From Candidatus Methylomirabilia bacterium (GTDB lineage: Bacteria > Methylomirabilota > Methylomirabilia > Rokubacteriales > CSP1-6), in the NCBI GenBank assembly GCA_041497895.1, contig JBGQHJ010000015.1, positions 1 through 54,052 on the forward strand: 54,052 nucleotides of DNA, read 5' to 3'. The notes under the pieces were generated by a model. It was not told the origin of the DNA. It was given only the letters and a program-made list of their open reading frames with translations, and ran no database searches. The position numbers were made by a program, and so were the translations under genes. Below are positions 48,687 through 54,052 of this stretch, in pieces (positions within the stretch are counted from its first letter, which is position 1; the number at the start of each line of letters is the position of its first letter).

Positions 48687-50846
48687 CTAGGAGGCCAGGA
48701 GCGACTCGACCGCGTGCGGGTCCACCGGCTTCGCGAGGTGGACGTCGAAGCCGACGGCCCGGGTCCGCTCGCGGTCGGCCTCGGTCCCGTAGCCGGTGAG
48801 CGCCACCAGCCGCACGTCCCGCGCTTCCGGCATCGCCCGGAGCCGCCGGGCCACGTCGTAGCCGCTCAGGCCGGGCAGGCCCAGATCCAGGAAGACCACC
48901 TCCGGCCGGTAGCGCACGAACTCCTCGAGCGCGCTCGATCCATCCGACGCGGTCCGGACCTCGTGGCCCCGGAGGCGCAGGAGCAGGGCCAGCGAGTCGG
49001 TCGAGTCCGGCTGATCGTCCACCACCAGCACGCGGCGCGCCGGACCGGACGGCCGGTCGGGCGCGGGCGCCGGGGCGGGCACCGGGGCGTCGAGGGCCAG
49101 GCGCGGCAGGCGGATGGCGAACTCGCTGCCGCGCCCCGGCCCCTCGCTGGCCGCCTCCACGCGGCCTCCGTGCATCTCGACCAGTCGCCGCACCAGGGTG
49201 AGGCCGATGCCGAGCCCGCCCTGACGGCGCTCGAGCGAGCGGTCCGCCTGGGTGAACAGGTCGAACACGTGCGGGAGGAGATCGGCGGGGATGCCGACGC
49301 CGGTGTCGCGCACCGCGATCGCGACCTCGTCCGCCTCCGCGCGGGCGCTCAGCCGGATGTGCCCGCCCTCCTCGGTATACTTGATCGCGTTGTCCAGCAG
49401 GTTGCCCACCGCCTGGACGAGGCGCGCCCGGTCGCCGTCCACCCAGCCCACGTCGGCGGCCACCGCCACCTCGAGCGTCTCCTTGCGGCTCTCGGCGGCC
49501 GGGCGCGCGGTCTCGACCGCCTGGGCGATCACCGCGCCGATCGCGACCGGCTCGCGCCGCAGCGCGATCTTGCCCGAGGTGATGCGGGAAACGTCGAGCA
49601 GGTCGTCCACCAGCCGCGTCATGAGCTCCACCTGCCGCTCGATGACGCCCGACACCCACTGCACCCGATCGTCGGGGTTCCCGAGCAGCCCCAGGGTGTG
49701 GGCCGCGTTCCGGATCGGCGCGAGCGGATTGCGCAGCTCGTGGGCCAGCATGGCCAGGAACTCGTCCTTGCGGCGATCGTTGTCCCGGAGCGCCCGCTCG
49801 CCGGCGCGCCGCTCCGTGATGTCCCGGAACACGAGCACCACCCCCGCGAGCCGGCCGCGCCCGTCGTGGATCGGCGCGGCGCGGTCGTCGATCGGGATCT
49901 CGTGGCCATCGCGCCCGATCAGGACCGTGTGGTTCGCGAGACCGACGACCGCGCCCTCCCGGAGCACCTTGGTCACCGGGTTCTCCACCGTGTCGCGGGT
50001 CTCCTCGTTGACGATCCGGAAGACCTCCTCGATCGGTCGGCCGATCGCGTCGCCCTCCCAGCCGGTGAGGGCCCGCGCCACCGGGTTCAGCAGGGTCACC
50101 CGCCCGTGCGTGTCCGTCACCATCACCGCGTCGCCGATGCTGGTCAGCGTGGCGCGGAAGCGCTCGCGCTCGGCGTGGAGCACCCCGGCCGCGCGCTGGC
50201 GCACCGCCAGGTTGCGCGCGAACAGCCAGATGACGAGGGCCACGAGGCCCAGGCCCAGGGCGAGCGCGACGAGCGTCGTGGCGAGCGCGGTGCGGGCGCC
50301 GGCGCGGGAGGTGGCCGCGCGCTCCTGCAGCAGCTCCCGCTCGGCGCGCTGCATCTGAGCCACCTCGTCCCGGAGCGTGTCCATGACCCGCTTGCCCTCC
50401 CCGCTCAGCCCCGACCGCCGCGCGGCCGAGAGCGCGCGCGCCCGATCGGGCTCGGCCTCGAAGACGTCGATGGCGCGCCGGAGGATGGTCAGCCGCTCGC
50501 CCGCGAGCTGCTCGACCCGCAGCAGGCGCGCGGTCTGGGCGGGGTTGTCGAGGGTGAGCTGCCGCAGCTCGGCCAGCTGGACCGGGAAGCGGCTCACCGC
50601 GTCGCGGTACGGCTCCAGATAGGCCGGCTCCCCGGTGAGGAGGTACCCGCGCTGGCCGGTCTCGGCATCCTCGAGGCTCGAGAGCGCCGCCTCGAGCTTG
50701 GCCAGCACCTCGTGGGTGTGCGAGACCCACTCCACGTTGGTGGCGACCTCACGGATGTTGTAGATCGTGGCCGCGGCGTCCACCAGGAGCGCGGCGACGA
50801 GCAGGCCGATCGCGACGGCCAGCCCGCGGGTCGTCGTGACGCGCAT
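48687..50846 (-). CDS. Hybrid sensor histidine kinase (CHASE3-PAS-HisKA-HATPase-REC)
   Basis: DAETGQRGYLLTG, SIGDAVMVTD, LAHELRNPLAPI, NLLDNAIKYT, GGLGIGL, VLVVDD...DLGLP and KPVD. Confidence 0.95.
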   Translation of the reverse strand: MRVTTTRGLAVAIGLLVAALLVDAAATIYNIREVATNVEWVSHTHEVLAKLEAALSSLEDAETGQRGYLLTGEPAYLEPYRDAVSRFPVQLAELRQLTLDNPAQTARLLRVEQLAGERLTILRRAIDVFEAEPDRARALSAARRSGLSGEGKRVMDTLRDEVAQMQRAERELLQERAATSRAGARTALATTLVALALGLGLVALVIWLFARNLAVRQRAAGVLHAERERFRATLTSIGDAVMVTDTHGRVTLLNPVARALTGWEGDAIGRPIEEVFRIVNEETRDTVENPVTKVLREGAVVGLANHTVLIGRDGHEIPIDDRAAPIHDGRGRLAGVVLVFRDITERRAGERALRDNDRRKDEFLAMLAHELRNPLAPIRNAAHTLGLLGNPDDRVQWVSGVIERQVELMTRLVDDLLDVSRITSGKIALRREPVAIGAVIAQAVETARPAAESRKETLEVAVAADVGWVDGDRARLVQAVGNLLDNAIKYTEEGGHIRLSARAEADEVAIAVRDTGVGIPADLLPHVFDLFTQADRSLERRQGGLGIGLTLVRRLVEMHGGRVEAASEGPGRGSEFAIRLPRLALDAPVPAPAPAPDRPSGPARRVLVVDDQPDSTDSLALLLRLRGHEVRTASDGSSALEEFVRYRPEVVFLDLGLPGLSGYDVARRLRAMPEARDVRLVALTGYGTEADRERTRAVGFDVHLAKPVDPHAVESLLAS

Positions 50847-50863
50847 GCCCGAGGCGGCGCCCC

Positions 50864-51877
50864 TCAGCGGCCGCCGGCGAGGGCGGGGGCGACCTCGCCC
50901 AGGAAGCGCTTGAGCTGACCGCGCTGGTCCCACGACGTGAGACGGAGCGAGATGTGGGTGAGCCCCGCCGCCACGTACTCGCGCAGTTGGGCGATGCACT
51001 GGGCCGGGCTGCCCGCCACCGTCCAGCCCTCGACGAAGGCGGGCGAGAACTTGGAGGTGTAATAGGTGTCGAGGAACGTCTTGCTCTCCTCGAGCGCCTG
51101 CTGGCGGTCCTCGTTGATGTTGATGTTGTGGTAGAGCGCGCTGCCGAGCGCGTCGGGGTTGCGGCCCTCCTCGCGCGCCATCTGCGCGATGCGCGCCCAC
51201 TGCTCGCGGAACTGGGCCGGCGTCACCTTGTTGGTCATCCAGCCGTCCGCGAAGCGGGCGACCCGCCGGAACCCGCGCTCCACCGCGGCGTCCGAGGCGC
51301 TCGCTCCGCCCTTCCAGGTGAGGCCGGTCGGGTTGCTCGCGATCCAGATCGGACACGGCTGCTGGACCGGGCGCGGCTCGATCTTCACGCCCTCGAACTG
51401 GTAGAACGCTCCCTGGTGGGAGACCTTCTCTCCGGTGAAGACCTTCCGGAGGATCTGGATCCCTTCCTCCATGCGCCCGACCCGCTCGCTCGAGCGGATC
51501 CCCATCACCCGATGCTCGAGCGCCTGCGCGGCGCTCTGCTCGTCCGGCCCGCCCAGGCACACCGCGAGCCAGGCGCGCCCGCCCGAGAGCACGTCGAGGC
51601 TCGCCCACTGCTGCGCGAACAGCAGCGGGTGGCGGTGGACGAACGTGGCCATGCAGCCGACCGCGAGCCGCAGCCGCGAGGTGGCGCCCGCGAGGGCCGA
51701 GAGCAGCGCGACCGCCTCGAGGCGCGGCTTGGCGAGCAGGCTATCGCCCACCCAGAGGGCGTCGAAGACCCCGGAGGCCTCCGCCTGCTGCGACAGCTCG
51801 ATGAGATCGCGCGCCTGGATCGCGCCGAGCACGACCGCCCGATTGGCCAGGATGAGCCCGAAGGATGCGCGTGGCAT
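50864..51877 (-). CDS. LLM-class flavin-dependent oxidoreductase
   Basis: DALWVGDSLLAKPRLE, WASLDVLSGGR and ADGWMT. Confidence 0.9.
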   Translation of the reverse strand: MPRASFGLILANRAVVLGAIQARDLIELSQQAEASGVFDALWVGDSLLAKPRLEAVALLSALAGATSRLRLAVGCMATFVHRHPLLFAQQWASLDVLSGGRAWLAVCLGGPDEQSAAQALEHRVMGIRSSERVGRMEEGIQILRKVFTGEKVSHQGAFYQFEGVKIEPRPVQQPCPIWIASNPTGLTWKGGASASDAAVERGFRRVARFADGWMTNKVTPAQFREQWARIAQMAREEGRNPDALGSALYHNININEDRQQALEESKTFLDTYYTSKFSPAFVEGWTVAGSPAQCIAQLREYVAAGLTHISLRLTSWDQRGQLKRFLGEVAPALAGGR

Positions 51878-52017
51878 GGATGGCCTCCCGGCCGCAATCT
51901 TGGCGGCGGTCGCGCGGCACGTCAAGAGCGCCGCTTCTGAGCCGGTAAGCCAGACGGCCGAACCGATTTGACCTGGCGTCGACTCCTCGGGTACGGTCTC
52001 CGCAGAGGAGCCCACCG

Positions 52018-52962
52018 ATGACCGCGAGCCGCGCATTCCACGGAGTCATCCCCGCGATGGCCATCCCGTTTCGCGACGACTACAAGATCGACGAGGAAGG
52101 CCTCGCCCGCTTCGCGCGCTGGCTCGCGGGCTGCCGCGGGGTGACCGCGGTGATGACCAACGGCCACACCGGCGAGGTGGGCTCGCTCCTGCCCGAGGAG
52201 CGCGCCCAGGTCACGCGCATCGTCGCCGAGGCGGTGGCGGGGCGGGTGCGCGTCGTGTCCGCGGTCTGCTCGGAGGGCACCTTCGAGGCGATCGAGCACG
52301 CCCGCGCCGCCGCCCACGCCGGCGCCGACACCATCGACGTCATGCCGTGCCACATGTGGCTGCGCTTCGGGGTCCGGGAGGACGCGGTCTACGAGTACGT
52401 GAAGGCCATCGGGGCCGAGAGCGGGCTCGACATCATCGTGCACGTCTACCCGGCCAGCACCCGGGTCTCCTACTCCACGCGCCTGATGGTGCGCCTCGCC
52501 GGGCTGCCTCAGGTGAAGGGCTTCAAGATGGGCGAGCGCGACCTCGGCCGGTACGAGCGCGACATCCGGGCCCTGCGCGCCGAGGCGCCGCACGTCTCGC
52601 TGCTCAACTGCATGGACGAGTACCTGTTCCCGACCTTCGTCCACCGCCTGGACGGCACGCTCGTCGGCTGCGCGAGCTTGATCCCGGAGCTGACCTACGA
52701 GCTCATGACCGCCATGCAGGCCGACGACCTCTCCCGCGCCCGCGCGATCAACGACCGCATCTGGCCGGTGAAGGAGGCGGTCTACGGCGCCGGCGAGCCC
52801 TCGGGCGACGCGCACGCGCGGATGAAGGAGGGCATGGCCCTGCGCGGGCTGTTCCGGAGCGCGCTGGTGCGTCCGCCGGTGCTGCCACCCTCCGCGGAGG
52901 AGGTGGCCGCGATGGCGGCCGCGCTCGAGGCGAGCGGGGTCGCCCGCGTCGAGCTCGTCTGA
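52018..52962 (+). CDS. Dihydrodipicolinate synthase-like family protein
   Basis: GVIPAMAIPF, NGHTGE and Schiff-base Lys in GFKMGE. Confidence 0.88.
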   Translation: MTASRAFHGVIPAMAIPFRDDYKIDEEGLARFARWLAGCRGVTAVMTNGHTGEVGSLLPEERAQVTRIVAEAVAGRVRVVSAVCSEGTFEAIEHARAAAHAGADTIDVMPCHMWLRFGVREDAVYEYVKAIGAESGLDIIVHVYPASTRVSYSTRLMVRLAGLPQVKGFKMGERDLGRYERDIRALRAEAPHVSLLNCMDEYLFPTFVHRLDGTLVGCASLIPELTYELMTAMQADDLSRARAINDRIWPVKEAVYGAGEPSGDAHARMKEGMALRGLFRSALVRPPVLPPSAEEVAAMAAALEASGVARVELV

Positions 52963-53825
52963 CCTGGTTCCTGCTGTCGCTCGGCGCGGCCCTCACCCAG
53001 GCCGTCCAGTTCGCCGTCGTCAAGGGCCGCGCGCGGGACATTCCCCCGCTGGTGATCGTCGCCTGGACCCAGGGCGTGGCCTGCGCGGCGTGGGTGGTGT
53101 TCTTCGTGGTCTCCGGGCACCCGTTCACCGCGCCGGGCCCGGTCTGGCCCGCGGTGGCCGCCTCCTGCCTCCTCGTGCTCGGCATGAGCGGGCTCCTCGC
53201 GCGGGCGAGCGCGCGCGGCGACATCTCGATCGTCGGGCCGATCCTCGCGCTGAGCCCGATCTTCACCATCGTGCCGGACGCGGTGCTCTCGGGTGGGCTG
53301 CCGAGCGCGCTCGGCTGGATCGGCCTCACGCTCTCCCTCACCGGCACCGTGAGCCTCTCCGGCGGCACCGGCGGGCGCCTGGTCCGGATCCGGGCGCTGT
53401 TCGCGCGAGGGGACGCGCTCGACGCTCTCGGCGCCGCGTTCCTGCTGGGCTTCCTCGCCGCGGTGGACCGCTACGGCGCGCGCCATCTCGGACCGCCGAG
53501 CTATCTGGTCGCCTCGCACGGGGCGACCGCGCTCCTCACCACCCTGATCGTGCTCGCGACCGCGCCGCGCGATCTGGCCGAGAGCGTACGGCCCGCCAAC
53601 CTCGTCACGGTGGTGAGCCACGGGCTGCTGGGCGTGACCGGCACCGGGATGCAGACCACCGCGCTCACCATGGCCTCCGCGGCCTACGTCAACGCGATCC
53701 GCCGCATGTCCGCGGTCCTCGCGGTGCTGCTGGGCCGCACCCTCTTCGGCGAGCCCGACCTCGCCCGCCGCCTCGCCGCCGCCCTCCTCGCCTGCGCCGG
53801 CGCCGCCTGCCTCCTCCTCGCGTGA
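52959..53825 (+). CDS. DMT/EamA-family transporter (start apparently CTG overlapping upstream TGA)
   Basis: About 10 TM segments, GDISIVGPILALSPIF and AYVNAIRRMSAVLAVLLG...FGE. Confidence 0.82.
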   Translation: MTWFLLSLGAALTQAVQFAVVKGRARDIPPLVIVAWTQGVACAAWVVFFVVSGHPFTAPGPVWPAVAASCLLVLGMSGLLARASARGDISIVGPILALSPIFTIVPDAVLSGGLPSALGWIGLTLSLTGTVSLSGGTGGRLVRIRALFARGDALDALGAAFLLGFLAAVDRYGARHLGPPSYLVASHGATALLTTLIVLATAPRDLAESVRPANLVTVVSHGLLGVTGTGMQTTALTMASAAYVNAIRRMSAVLAVLLGRTLFGEPDLARRLAAALLACAGAACLLLA

Positions 53826-53830
53826 GCGGG

Positions 53831-53913
53831 GTCAGGTCTTACATTCCGACATTTTTCCGCCTGGCGGTGAGAGTCATCGCGCGCCCGGAAAATGTCGGAA
53901 TGTAAGACCTGAC
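53831..53913. repeat. REP-like palindrome with 25-bp perfect arms (GTCAGGTCTTACATTCCGACATTTT)
   Basis: 53831-53855 is the exact reverse complement of 53889-53913; AT-rich relative to the window. Confidence 0.85.
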
Positions 53914-53921
53914 GGCCAGGT

Positions 53922-53984
53922 GTCAGTACCTCCCGGTCACTGAACGCGTGGAGGAGGGGCAAGGGTCAATACCTTCCGGTCACT
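53922..53984. repeat. Direct repeat, 2 x 20 bp (GTCARTACCTYCCGGTCACT), 43-bp period
   Basis: Copies at 53922-53941 and 53965-53984 with 2 mismatches. Confidence 0.7.
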
Positions 53985-54052
53985 CCTGGAAGCGGCGCCG
54001 CGGCAGGGCATAGGGGAGTTCGGCGAGCAGGGGTTGATGGTCGGGCTGGCGG

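Noticed and set aside
53922..54052. Possible CRISPR edge (20-bp repeat, 23-bp spacer)
   Set aside because: No third repeat at the expected position and the units are too short

Overview
Very GC-rich, gene-dense bacterial chromosomal window with about 55 CDS and no rRNA, tRNA, CRISPR array, prophage or transposase that I can see. The gene mix resembles Candidatus Rokubacteria or similar soil bacteria (inference only). Most genes are catabolic or transport functions: enoyl-CoA hydratase, acyl-CoA dehydrogenase, two paralogous CaiB/BaiF CoA-transferases, an alkyl sulfatase, a TPP enzyme, two DapA-like lyases, two LLM oxidoreductases, Mo-type IorAB, a W-type aldehyde:ferredoxin oxidoreductase, and sugar, Liv-type and peptide ABC components. 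Also present are mtgA, msrA, an MlaC-like gene, an Anbu protease with a divergent transglutaminase, and a CHASE3 hybrid kinase. The most unusual locus is a tightly coupled three-gene minus-strand operon (43925-47557): a CHASE2 sensor with a polytopic membrane tail and no cytoplasmic output domain, a small secreted Cys-containing protein, and an M48/TPR lipoprotein protease. It is a candidate extracytoplasmic proteolytic signalling module. Other observations include a MITE-like element whose 33-bp perfect inverted repeats carry the stop codons of both flanking genes, a 25-bp-arm REP-like palindrome, an uncharacterised lipoprotein/beta-repeat/membrane operon, a possibly dual-anchored helical envelope protein, and several frameshifted genes that may be assembly errors.
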